Below, piece after piece: positions 1-9,200 of a stretch of 64,000 nt of DNA. The DNA comes from Candidatus Nanoarchaeia archaeon (GTDB lineage Archaea; Nanobdellota; Nanobdellia; SCGC-AAA011-G17; GW2011-AR20). The position numbers and the translations under genes were made by a program. The notes beneath the pieces were generated by a model. The model saw only the letters and a program-made list of their open reading frames with translations, did no database searches and had not been told where the DNA came from. Numbering within the stretch: the stretch's first letter is position 1; every line of letters begins with the position of its first letter. The stretch is from contig DATDZG010000023.1 of the NCBI GenBank assembly GCA_035288805.1, positions 15,669 to 79,668 on the forward strand, written 5' to 3'.

Positions 1-324
1 CTTGAATTCAAAGACGGAAAAATAATCAAAGCAACAGCAGATAAAAACGAGCAGTTTCTAAAAGAAATGATTGCCACAGATGAAGGCAGTCATAAATTAG
101 GAGAGCTAGGAATAGGTTTAAACCCAAAATTAACAAAACCGATTAAGTCAATACTCTTCGATGAAAAGAATGATAAGACAATTCACCTAGCAATAGGCTC
201 AGCATACGAAGAATGTTTAGGAGTCAACAAATCAGCAGTTCATTGGGATTTTATTAAAGACATGCGTGATGGTAAAATCTTCTTAGACGAAAAATTAGTC
301 TATGAAAATGGGAAATTTTTGTAA
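1..324 (+). CDS. M29 (aminopeptidase T-like) metallopeptidase, C-terminal part, truncated by window edge
   Basis: Frame open from base 1; motifs LGELGIG, LFDEK, TIHLAIG, SAVHWD. Confidence 0.85.
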   Translation, partial: LEFKDGKIIKATADKNEQFLKEMIATDEGSHKLGELGIGLNPKLTKPIKSILFDEKNDKTIHLAIGSAYEECLGVNKSAVHWDFIKDMRDGKIFLDEKLVYENGKFL

Positions 325-362
325 AAAGAAACCAATATAAATCAAATCACTTTTCTAAATCA

Positions 363-1247
363 ATGGGTTTTCTGAAAACACTTGGAATAATCTTAGTTTC
401 TATACTATTAATTCTCGGTGTTGTAATAACCGGCATAGGGATAACAGCTTATCAAACTCTTCTCTATCCAGAAACCTACGAAAAAGCACTGGAAAAAATA
501 CCGTTTGAAAAAATTCTCCAGGGATACCTGCCAGGGGAAACCCCTCAGCCTGTTCGAGAATTCCTTGAAAAGAATTTCAAAACAACAGCATCAGAATTAA
601 TAACAAACACTCTGGCATATCTTCGTTCAGATACTCAAGAACTAACCTTCAAATTAGACATCAATCAGGAAGACCTGGTAAAGTCACTTGAACAGCAAGC
701 TGAAGCCCTCCCTCTATGCAGCGAAAATCAGCTTCCAATTGAAAATGGAGAATACAAATGCAGACCTTCTGGAATTCCAACAAAAGAATTAGTCAATAAA
801 ATAATGGAAGACAGAAAATCACAAATCTCTCAATTCACCTCCCAAGATGTCATCCAGGTTATAGACTCCAAAAACAACAGGGAGATGGTAAGAGCAAAAA
901 TAACATTACTCAGGCAAAGTCTATATGCTCTATTCATTTTAATCCTAATCTTAATCTTCTTAATCTATCTGTTAAAAAAATCATCAATAAAGAAATTCGC
1001 AAGAACATTAAGCATAAACTTAATCATCCCGGGATTAATCTTGTTAACAATCGCCATAGCCATCCCGCAAATCCCTCTTAATTTCCCGCAGGAAGAAGCA
1101 AAAATAGCATTGCCAGCAATCGAAGTGTTTATTGAAGTTATCGCAAACAAGCTCATGATGCTTTCAGTAGGAATATTAATCCTAGGAATTTTATTATTAA
1201 TCTTCTCAATAATAAAAAAAGATAAATCTAAAGAATTAAAACGCTAA
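363..1247 (+). CDS. Hypothetical membrane protein (N-terminal TM, soluble loop with Cys pair, 3 C-terminal TMs)
   Basis: 294-aa ORF with hydrophobic segments; stop codon lies inside repeat A1. Confidence 0.75.
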   Translation: MGFLKTLGIILVSILLILGVVITGIGITAYQTLLYPETYEKALEKIPFEKILQGYLPGETPQPVREFLEKNFKTTASELITNTLAYLRSDTQELTFKLDINQEDLVKSLEQQAEALPLCSENQLPIENGEYKCRPSGIPTKELVNKIMEDRKSQISQFTSQDVIQVIDSKNNREMVRAKITLLRQSLYALFILILILIFLIYLLKKSSIKKFARTLSINLIIPGLILLTIAIAIPQIPLNFPQEEAKIALPAIEVFIEVIANKLMMLSVGILILGILLLIFSIIKKDKSKELKR

Positions 1248-1300
1248 AATCCCATGGTATTTGGCGTGCTCAAGAACAAATGTTCTTGACAAAGAACTAA
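1240..1300 (+). repeat. Hairpin repeat family A, copy 1
   Basis: aacgctaaaat-cccatggt-atttggcgt-gc-tcaagaaca-aa-tgttcttga-caaagaactaa; related copies at 6903, 36203 and 47781. Confidence 0.85.
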
Positions 1301-1752
1301 ACACATAAAGACTCTAATTTTCCACTATGTTTCTTTAAAACTTGACCCGTATGCACATTTACAAGAACTTCAACTCTCAGCATATTCCCTGTTCCATCAT
1401 CTCTTCTGCAGCATTCTAAAAATTCAAAAAAAAAAGTATCCTTTTCAAATCTAGGATTTTGAAATTCACAGGTGGTTGTATAAGAATTTTCATCAGACAT
1501 ATGTTGAGCATGTACCCCATGAACATCCTTTGCAATAGCTCTTTGCAAAATAATACTTTTACCAAATTCTTCTAAGTGCAGAACATAAATAGCGTCTGTA
1601 TATCTCCTTCCAATAAACTCTCCAAAAAAGAAATTTCCGAGATTAGTTAAACTGGTTTCAATATCATTCGGCATTCTCTTCAATAACGTGAAACTATATT
1701 TTTCATCAGGACTATAATGCACAAAGATAGGTTGATAATATTCATCAGTCAT
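1297..1752 (-). CDS. Hypothetical protein
   Basis: 151-aa ORF with upstream TATA-like element. Confidence 0.6.
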   Translation of the reverse strand: MTDEYYQPIFVHYSPDEKYSFTLLKRMPNDIETSLTNLGNFFFGEFIGRRYTDAIYVLHLEEFGKSIILQRAIAKDVHGVHAQHMSDENSYTTTCEFQNPRFEKDTFFFEFLECCRRDDGTGNMLRVEVLVNVHTGQVLKKHSGKLESLCV

Positions 1753-1797
1753 AATTTAAAGGAAATCAATGAGTTAAAAAACTTTTCTAAAAAAGAA

Positions 1798-2319
1798 CTA
1801 ATTATCCTCTCTTAGAGCAAGTGTTAAATCACTCTCAGGACGATGAACATCAACACTCAAATCATCAAAGTTTACATCTATAGTCACATCAAAAATTCTT
1901 TGTAATCTTGCCCCAATATCATTTACTTCCAGCATATACTCTCTAACCCTATGAGCAACAATAGACACTTTTTTCCCGCAATATTCAATCTCAAAATTAT
2001 CAATCCTTTGTTCATACGACCCATCAGAATCTGCAGTCCCTCCTTCTTTAATAATCTCATCAATTTTCTTTCTCAAAATAATTTTCTTTTTCACGTCATC
2101 AAAAATTCTGCATTCATAAACTCCTAATAGTCTTACATCCTCATCAAAAGTAAACACATATCTTAAAAGATTTGTCCCAAGAGAAGATAATCTTTCCCGA
2201 ATATTTGGTGCCCTTATCCCGACACTAAATCTGTATCTGGGATTCTCAGTGTCATGTGCATAAGGCAAAAAATCCTTTCCGCACTCATCATACCCTATAA
2301 TTATTGCCATACCAAACAT
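1798..2319 (-). CDS. Hypothetical protein
   Basis: 173-aa ORF; TTTAAAAA box about 21 nt upstream. Confidence 0.6.
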   Translation of the reverse strand: MFGMAIIIGYDECGKDFLPYAHDTENPRYRFSVGIRAPNIRERLSSLGTNLLRYVFTFDEDVRLLGVYECRIFDDVKKKIILRKKIDEIIKEGGTADSDGSYEQRIDNFEIEYCGKKVSIVAHRVREYMLEVNDIGARLQRIFDVTIDVNFDDLSVDVHRPESDLTLALREDN

Positions 2320-2345
2320 AAGTGTAGAAAAGTTTTTAAAATGTC

Positions 2346-3287
2346 CTAAATCAAAAATTCTCCATCTTTCATAATCATCTTCCCATCAATAATAATGGTG
2401 GGTTTTTGCAAGACCGTATCTAAATGCAGCTCGCTATACACTTTCCCACCCATAGAAGAATTATTTCCAAAAGCAATATGACAAGTACCAAGAACTTTTT
2501 CATCTTGTAAAATATTCCCTATAATTTTCGCTTTTTCATTAGTTCCAATTCCAAACTCAGCGACATTTCTCGCATTTTTAATCGTCTTAAAGTAAGTGCA
2601 CATTTTGCAGGTTTTATCTACGCATTCAACAACCTCACCATTTTTAACAATAAATTTAGTGCCCTTTTTAGCATACTCGACTTTTTCATCAAAGAAATAA
2701 TCAATAACAATAACCCCCTGAGCAGTTTTTTCAAGCGGGGCAATAAACACCTCTCCAGCAGGCAAATTCCCACCAGTCCCATTTTTATGAATTATTCCAG
2801 AATCCATAAACCAATTTCTTTTCTCAAGAGAAAATTTTATATCTGTTCCAGAAGGTGTAGTAACACGAGCATGTTTTCTTTTATCAACATTTTTAAAAAT
2901 ATGTTCAGTAAATTTCGCTATCTCATTATAATCAGCTACAACACTCTCCCTCATAATCCTGCTTGTTATTCCAGGCAGTGTAGCAACTCTCGCGCCATTC
3001 TTTTCAGCTTCCTTAATAGCCTTGGTATGAGTTAAGCTTGTTGTCGTAGGACAAATAACAACATCAAAATCTAAAATCTTCCTGGCAATATCTTTGGGAG
3101 GCTCATCTCCATTTTGCTTTCCAACAGGAATCAAAACAAGTTCAGCGTGAGAAAGATTTTGAGCCTCATTAAATATTCCCTCACCAATTTCTCTAGTATT
3201 TTTATCAGCAATAATCAAAACCTTCTCGGCATTTTTAACATTCAAACATTGTTTAAGAATAATCCTTGCTGCTTTTTCATAACTCAT
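2346..3287 (-). CDS. M29-family leucyl aminopeptidase-like protein
   Basis: GNLPAGEV, AEFGIGTN, DEKVLGTCHIAFG, LHLD motifs. Confidence 0.88.
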   Translation of the reverse strand: MSYEKAARIILKQCLNVKNAEKVLIIADKNTREIGEGIFNEAQNLSHAELVLIPVGKQNGDEPPKDIARKILDFDVVICPTTTSLTHTKAIKEAEKNGARVATLPGITSRIMRESVVADYNEIAKFTEHIFKNVDKRKHARVTTPSGTDIKFSLEKRNWFMDSGIIHKNGTGGNLPAGEVFIAPLEKTAQGVIVIDYFFDEKVEYAKKGTKFIVKNGEVVECVDKTCKMCTYFKTIKNARNVAEFGIGTNEKAKIIGNILQDEKVLGTCHIAFGNNSSMGGKVYSELHLDTVLQKPTIIIDGKMIMKDGEFLI

Positions 3288-3330
3288 TCACAATAAAGAA
3301 AATTTGGAGTTTAAAAGAATTGCTGTTTAC

Positions 3331-3723
3331 TCAATAAGAGATAACCTGAATTCCAGGAATAGAAGAATAATGCTTCACATTTCTCGTAATAATCTTACTG
3401 CAACCATGCACTTGCATAATCGCTGCAATAAAGCAATCTTTATCCTCGATTTCTTTTCCTTGTTTCCTAAGGTAAGAAAGCAGGTATGCTGCAGCTTGTC
3501 CCCAACCATTCTGTGAAGAGAGAGTAGGAAGAGTTTTAAAAAAAGATTTTGCAAGTTCCTCTTCCTTCTTATTAACCTGTTTCTGATAATATATTCCATC
3601 AAAAACTTCAAAGAGATTAATTTCTGTAGTAACAAAATCTCCATGATATTTTATAAGAAATTCCACAGCTTCTTTTTTATCATTTAAAAAATCAATAAGG
3701 AAGTCAGAATCAAGACAAATCAT
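3331..3723 (-). CDS. vapC: VapC PIN-domain toxin
   Basis: LDSDFLID, E..FE, DCFIAA, TRNVKHY PIN motifs; ATGA overlap with antitoxin. Confidence 0.9.
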   Translation of the reverse strand: MICLDSDFLIDFLNDKKEAVEFLIKYHGDFVTTEINLFEVFDGIYYQKQVNKKEEELAKSFFKTLPTLSSQNGWGQAAAYLLSYLRKQGKEIEDKDCFIAAIMQVHGCSKIITRNVKHYSSIPGIQVISY

Positions 3724-3971
3724 CGGTTCCACAGCCTTTTTCTCTTTTTCAATAGATTATACGTGGATTCCTTTCTAAGCTCAAGGATTCTTCTCTTCCT
3801 GTTTTCGACTTCCTCTTCAGAAAGGTGCTTCCAAGCCCCTGCAAACTGCATAATATCATTTTTCTTACCCACAACCCTCCTGATTACCTGAGAGAAGCTC
3901 TCATCCTTACCCTTCCTTCTAGCAAGCATCTCATAAGCATCTTCCATAATCGTCAGGGTTTTCGTTGCCAT
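3720..3971 (-). CDS. vapB: VapB-type antitoxin (archaeal DUF217-like)
   Basis: MATKTLTIMEDAYEML..KGKDESFSQVIRR; upstream of PIN toxin. Confidence 0.88.
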   Translation of the reverse strand: MATKTLTIMEDAYEMLARRKGKDESFSQVIRRVVGKKNDIMQFAGAWKHLSEEEVENRKRRILELRKESTYNLLKKRKRLWNR

Positions 3972-3976
3972 AAACA

Positions 3977-4002
3977 TACGTGTACACGTACGTGTATTTA
4001 AA
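3977..4002 (-). promoter_or_regulatory. TATA box plus two overlapping perfect 14-bp palindromes (probable VapB operator)
   Basis: tacgtgtacacgta 3977-3990 and tacacgtacgtgta 3983-3996, between tttaaa (3997-4002) and the start codon. Confidence 0.7.
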
Positions 4003-4027
4003 GATTTTGGTTCAAAAAACGTAAAAA

Positions 4028-5785
4028 TCATTCGAGTTTTTCAAGTTTCTTCTTATTATATTCAATTCCATCAATAAGTTTTTTCTTTTCTTTTTCTGAA
4101 GATGATATTTTGAGTCTATCCTGAAATCTTTCAATTTCTCGTTTAAGCTCTCCTTTTTGTCGATTCTTGGAGGGCTTACCCGTAACGACATGTCTTGAAG
4201 GATTGGAATAACGACCCGTAATTGATTCTTTTCTCAAGAAGTTTTTACGCATCTGTTCTAAGGTAGGATCTTTTTCTAAAGTTATTCCTTTATGTGGGGT
4301 CAAAAAGTGTTCTAAATTGCTTTTAGTAAACGGTTTATGTTTAATCAATTTGAAGTACTCTTGATTCCTACTCAAATGAATTTTCCAATTAACATTAACC
4401 TCGAGCAAATCCCAGGGCATACCTATTGATTGTTCTTTAATCGTTCCAGAAAAAGTGTTCTCTGGTTTAGTGATGGATTCCAAATTTGAATCTTCAATAG
4501 GGTTCAATACTGATTTCTTTAATTGGGATATAGAATCGTAGACGTACTTGAAATCCTTTTCTTCTTTACAGATTAGTCCTGCATCTAAGAGAGATTGCCA
4601 AGAGCTTACCGTTAAGTTTTGAGAACTTACAAAGATTATTTTTTGTTCTACAAAAAGATAAAGTTTAGAATGAACACAAAAGGTAACAGGAACTATATGA
4701 AGATTTTTATAAGGCTTAACAGAGTAATCATACAGCCACTTCATAGAATCAAGATTATCTTTAGTAAGACTGGAAGAGCTCCAAGTGTCACTTATATAAA
4801 GAGTAATACGCGTTTCTGAATTCCATTTAAGAATTCGTTCAACAATCCTTCTATCAACCATATCGCAAGAAAATAGCAAAATTATTTCCTTACTTTCATT
4901 CTTAAAATAGGGTTCTAACGATAAAGGTAAACAGTTTCTATTATTTCTAGAGTACATCAGGTCGCTTATATGATTTTGACGCATACAATCTTTATTCTCA
5001 ATCATACTCTCAAAAAGAGTTATAGCCTCCTTAACGACATCAGTTTCCCGTGAGAGAGTATTACAATCAAGAAATCCTCCTAACTTAGAAACAGAAGAAT
5101 TCGTTATATTGGAAGAACCAATAATTATCTCTTCCCCATCTCTAATCATAATCTTAGCATGGATTTTTGGGTTACACATTAAAGTCACATGAATATTCGG
5201 GCGGTAATGTTTCAACCGATTAATATAGCCTTGTTCAATCCGATTTTTAGTAATTATTTTTACTTCAATTTCTCTATCCTGAATAGACCAAAGTAATTCT
5301 GATAACAACTTCTCATCAACCCTCCATGTTAATATTAACAAAGATTCTCTAGTTTTATTAATAAAATTATAAAATAAGGGATAATTAGAATCGTCAAGAA
5401 AAGTACCTTTGTAATCAGAAACGGGGATTACATCATCTCTACTCTTAAGCGATTCAAAAAACGCGTCGATTTCTTTCAAAGAGTTTAAGGTACCGTTTTT
5501 AGAAGAAACTACATCACTCTTAGAATTGAGTTTTTTCTTAATTTTTTTAACGTAAAGTGTATGCTCGTTTTGTATTTTACCCCTATTATTGAATATAATC
5601 TTGAAATTTTTCTCTTTATTTTTTAAAGAACAAACAAAGAGAATACAAAAAAGACCAAAGATTGAAAGGTAACCAAAGAATGCCTCGGTACTAGTGTAAT
5701 CAGCCAAAGCCATAATGAATGTTGCTATTACCATCACCAAGAAGAATAAACAACAGCATGTACCCGGATCTTGTTCATTCTGCAT
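4028..5785 (-). CDS. Membrane-anchored tandem phospholipase D-like (HKD) domain protein
   Basis: Two N-terminal TMs; HAKIMIRD..GSSNIT and HSKLYLF..SSQNLT motifs. Confidence 0.75.
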   Translation of the reverse strand: MQNEQDPGTCCCLFFLVMVIATFIMALADYTSTEAFFGYLSIFGLFCILFVCSLKNKEKNFKIIFNNRGKIQNEHTLYVKKIKKKLNSKSDVVSSKNGTLNSLKEIDAFFESLKSRDDVIPVSDYKGTFLDDSNYPLFYNFINKTRESLLILTWRVDEKLLSELLWSIQDREIEVKIITKNRIEQGYINRLKHYRPNIHVTLMCNPKIHAKIMIRDGEEIIIGSSNITNSSVSKLGGFLDCNTLSRETDVVKEAITLFESMIENKDCMRQNHISDLMYSRNNRNCLPLSLEPYFKNESKEIILLFSCDMVDRRIVERILKWNSETRITLYISDTWSSSSLTKDNLDSMKWLYDYSVKPYKNLHIVPVTFCVHSKLYLFVEQKIIFVSSQNLTVSSWQSLLDAGLICKEEKDFKYVYDSISQLKKSVLNPIEDSNLESITKPENTFSGTIKEQSIGMPWDLLEVNVNWKIHLSRNQEYFKLIKHKPFTKSNLEHFLTPHKGITLEKDPTLEQMRKNFLRKESITGRYSNPSRHVVTGKPSKNRQKGELKREIERFQDRLKISSSEKEKKKLIDGIEYNKKKLEKLE

Positions 5786-6147
5786 TAAAACATCCCTCCA
5801 AAATAATTAAAACTGATTCCAAACAAGATTCCGGTAATCAATCTTAAAATATTATTGCTCCTTCTAAATCCGAGATATTGGCTAAATCCATCTACAAGCA
5901 TAGGAATCGTGAATATTCCTGCTATACCTAATGAAAGGTTATATCTTAAAAAATGTAGGAGGATCGCTAAAACACTTCCAGATAATATCCCTAAACATCT
6001 GCTACAAAAAAATTTTTCTAAACCTAAAAAGCTTAAACTTCTTTCCTTAATCTTATGGCAAAGGCAAATTCCATAAGCTTTGCCTTTTATATTTAAGGTT
6101 AAAATCGGTCCGATATTCTTTTTCCATTTATACTCAATAAAAGGCAT
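5785..6147 (-). CDS. DUF2085-like membrane protein
   Basis: CH..ERS, CSRCLG, P..VDGFSQ, SNNILRLITGIL pattern. Confidence 0.8.
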   Translation of the reverse strand: MPFIEYKWKKNIGPILTLNIKGKAYGICLCHKIKERSLSFLGLEKFFCSRCLGILSGSVLAILLHFLRYNLSLGIAGIFTIPMLVDGFSQYLGFRRSNNILRLITGILFGISFNYFGGMF

Positions 6148-6328
6148 ACATAAGATGCGTGTTCAATCTATAAAAGTGTTTTCTAATATAAAGATTATAG
6201 GAAGATTCACCGAACAGTTATAATAAACCATAAAACAGTAAAGTACCAACTTGAGATTTGTTAAATATGATAAGGGGTTTAAATGCCCTGTAGTTAATTT
6301 AATAAAGGTGATTAAAATTCATAGTAAA

Positions 6329-6853
6329 ATGGGGTTATCTCAGCAAGACTTGGATTGGTACACAAGTGCACGTAAATATTATCAATCATTCAGAATACTA
6401 TCTTTTCTTGGATATACCAAACAGGCATTAAACGCGTTATGCACCTCAATTGAGAAATTTCTTAAGCATATAATCATGCTTGACAAAGGTATAACCGAGA
6501 AAGAAACTAAAAATAATTATAGGCATGATCTTAAGAAATTGTTCAAAGATTCAAACGTAAATTCTGATGACTTCAAAATAATCAATTCTTTGTGCAACCA
6601 ACTAGATTATAACAACATAAGATACGAATTTGAAGCAACCACCAATAGTATCGTTCTTCATCATAAAGAACTAGATGATGAAATGATGAAGATCTCAAAG
6701 CATGTAATCTGTCTCATAAATAAAAAATATGGGGTAACGATAGGATATTTTGAGAGTGACGGCATCCCACGACAATATAGAAAATATAAAAAATATTTCT
6801 TAAAACGTGCATTCAAATCATATGACAGAACTGGAAGGATTGACTTTACATAA
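6329..6853 (+). CDS. HEPN-domain protein (orphan)
   Basis: SIEKFLKH, RHDLKKLF, IRY pattern; start taken at ATG 6329. Confidence 0.65.
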   Translation: MGLSQQDLDWYTSARKYYQSFRILSFLGYTKQALNALCTSIEKFLKHIIMLDKGITEKETKNNYRHDLKKLFKDSNVNSDDFKIINSLCNQLDYNNIRYEFEATTNSIVLHHKELDDEMMKISKHVICLINKKYGVTIGYFESDGIPRQYRKYKKYFLKRAFKSYDRTGRIDFT

Positions 6854-6902
6854 TCGGAAATCATCTTCAAGCATTGCTTATTCCTTGAACGTATACCTCT
6901 TA

Positions 6903-6958
6903 AAACGCTAAAATCCTAAAGGATTTGGCGTACTCAAAAAAGATAGTTTTTGACAAAA
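6903..6958 (+). repeat. Hairpin repeat family A, copy 2, overlapping the tgt 3' end
   Basis: aacgctaaaatcctaaaggatttggcgtac-tcaaaaa-agatag-tttttga-caaaa. Confidence 0.8.
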
Positions 6959-8028
6959 TCCCTCTCAAATCTCTGGAATCTATCCTCTTTAATCGCCTTC
7001 CTGCATTCTTTCATCAGGTTATTCACAAAATGCAGATTATGCCATGTAACCAACCTCTTCCATGATAATTCATTAATCTTCAACAAATGATAAATATACG
7101 ATTTGGTATAGTTCTCACAAACCTCGCATTTACAATCCTTATCAAGCGGAGAAAAATCTTCTTTATACTCTCTCTTTCCAATCTGAATCTCTCCTTCTTG
7201 TGTAAACACCATTTCATGCCTTGAATGTTTAGTAACGTAACAACTATCAAATACATCAACACCCATTCCAATAGCTCTAATCAAATCCTGAGGAGTCCCA
7301 ATCCCCATCAAATATCTAGGTTTATTCTTTGGCATATACCCTATTGCCATTTCAACAGCCTTCATCATCTTCTCTCTTGATTCCCCAATCCCCAATCCAC
7401 CAATAGCATATCCATCAAACCCAATTGAAGTAATCAGTTCAGAACTCCTCTTCCGTAAATCTTTATAGCAGCCCCCCTGAATAATCCCAAATAATAATTG
7501 TTTCTTATTTTTATGTGCTAACTTGCATCTCTTAGCCCATTCATAAGTTATCTCCACGCTTTCCTTAACATCCTCGTATTTATCATCACTCCGGGGCATA
7601 TAATCCAGGCACATCGCAACATCAGAATTTAATTTATTTTGTATCTCAATATCTTTCTCAGGAGTAATTATATGCAAGCTCTTGTCAAAAGGGCTTCTGA
7701 ATTTAACCCATTTTCTATTAATCTCAACCAAGAACTTATCACTAACCATCTGGAATCCTCCAGAATCGGTAAATATCACATGATTATAACTCATGAACTT
7801 ATGCACCCCTCCAGCTTTTTCAATCAACTTAACTCCAGGGTCTAAATACAAAATAAAAGCATTTGAAATAATTGCCTTCAATCCTAACCTCTCCAAATCC
7901 TTGCTATTAATCAGCTTAACAGCTAATTTAGTAGCAACAGGCATAAAAAAAGGCGTTTCTATTTTACCATGGCTGGTCTTCAACTCTCCATATCTCGCCT
8001 CACCAGACTCAAATTTTAGTTTAAACAT
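6934..8028 (-). CDS. tgt: Bacterial-type tRNA-guanine(34) transglycosylase
   Basis: ETPFFMPVAT, TDSGGFQ, GIIQGG, PRYLMGIG, CKCEVC zinc site; 364 aa, no PUA domain. Confidence 0.92.
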   Translation of the reverse strand: MFKLKFESGEARYGELKTSHGKIETPFFMPVATKLAVKLINSKDLERLGLKAIISNAFILYLDPGVKLIEKAGGVHKFMSYNHVIFTDSGGFQMVSDKFLVEINRKWVKFRSPFDKSLHIITPEKDIEIQNKLNSDVAMCLDYMPRSDDKYEDVKESVEITYEWAKRCKLAHKNKKQLLFGIIQGGCYKDLRKRSSELITSIGFDGYAIGGLGIGESREKMMKAVEMAIGYMPKNKPRYLMGIGTPQDLIRAIGMGVDVFDSCYVTKHSRHEMVFTQEGEIQIGKREYKEDFSPLDKDCKCEVCENYTKSYIYHLLKINELSWKRLVTWHNLHFVNNLMKECRKAIKEDRFQRFERDFVKNYLF

Positions 8029-8079
8029 AAAAAAGAAGCAATGAAATCAATTTATAAAACTTCTCACCTTAATAAAAAG

Positions 8080-8439
8080 ATGGTTGTAAACAAAGATTAT
8101 CCTGAAGGAATAGTTGTGTATAAAATGAGATTAGACATCTATGGTGTTATTACACCTCGTGAGGAAGCAAAAAGATATTCATTAAGAAAAGGTGCTTCAG
8201 AAGAAGAGTTTGATAAAATCATCAATGAAGATAACGAAGGTAATGCTCTTCTCTATCTGCCTGGAATGGAAGTCCACAATAACTCAAGAATCCCATTCAG
8301 ATTCAGTCCGAACGAATTTGCAGGTTGGGTAAAAACAGATAAAGTTGAGCTGAAAAAAAGGGCACAGTATATAATGAGAGAAAATAAAGCGCAATTGGAA
8401 AAAGTCCTGGAGTTTTTAGAGTTTCTTGAAAAAGCCTAA
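8080..8439 (+). CDS. Hypothetical protein
   Basis: ATG 8080 follows tttataaa box at about 8051. Confidence 0.6.
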   Translation: MVVNKDYPEGIVVYKMRLDIYGVITPREEAKRYSLRKGASEEEFDKIINEDNEGNALLYLPGMEVHNNSRIPFRFSPNEFAGWVKTDKVELKKRAQYIMRENKAQLEKVLEFLEFLEKA

Positions 8440-8477
8440 AAAACAAGGTTTAAACATCTTTCTAATATAATCTAAGT

Positions 8478-9158
8478 ATGGAAACCTGGAGTTACACCAA
8501 TGAAAACCTGGAAGCTATTACTCAATCATTAAATATTCAGCCAGATGATAAAGTTCTGGCAGTTTGCAGTATCGGGGCTCAATTCTTAGCGTTGCTTGAA
8601 TTTCTCAAAGGAAGTGGTTTATTGGTAGCAGTAGATTATAATCCTCAGCAATTAGATTTAGCAAAAACAATAGTAGATATAGCTGTTCGTAGAGACGCCC
8701 GAGCCTTGGCAAGATTAGATATCTGTCCAAGAAATCAGGGTTATTTCAATAGAAGAAGATTAAAAAGAATTGCAATGAATATGCCTAAAGTTAGATTTAT
8801 GCAGAATGATTTAAGGGAAAGATTAGAAATAAAAGAAAGGTTTACAAAAGTCTATCTCTCAAATGTTCTTGCGAATTTAAATGCCTTAGCAGAAGTTGTA
8901 GAGAAAGGTTCTTTAATATACCTCGCATACAAAAACCATCGGGGAACAAAAATAACTTCAAAAAAAGGAATAGAAAATTTCATTCAATATTATTATGGTA
9001 ATCGTTTTGCTGACTTAGCACTCTCAGATTTCTATGCTATAGATGTTGAAAGAACTTTCAAAGCTATTCAATTAGAATCAAAAAAACCATTAACAGAAGG
9101 GGGATTTTTCAACCCAATGCACGTTCCCTGGTGCCCCCTCATCTACAGAAGAATCTAA
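8478..9158 (+). CDS. Degenerate SAM-dependent (BtaA/DUF3419-like) protein
   Basis: YTNEN, DKVLAVCSIG, AVDYNPQQL, VYLSN resemble a class I MTase fold. Confidence 0.5.
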   Translation: METWSYTNENLEAITQSLNIQPDDKVLAVCSIGAQFLALLEFLKGSGLLVAVDYNPQQLDLAKTIVDIAVRRDARALARLDICPRNQGYFNRRRLKRIAMNMPKVRFMQNDLRERLEIKERFTKVYLSNVLANLNALAEVVEKGSLIYLAYKNHRGTKITSKKGIENFIQYYYGNRFADLALSDFYAIDVERTFKAIQLESKKPLTEGGFFNPMHVPWCPLIYRRI

Positions 9159-9200
9159 ACAACAACCTTTATAAAAATTAACCAAAAAAGGAAAAAAGGA

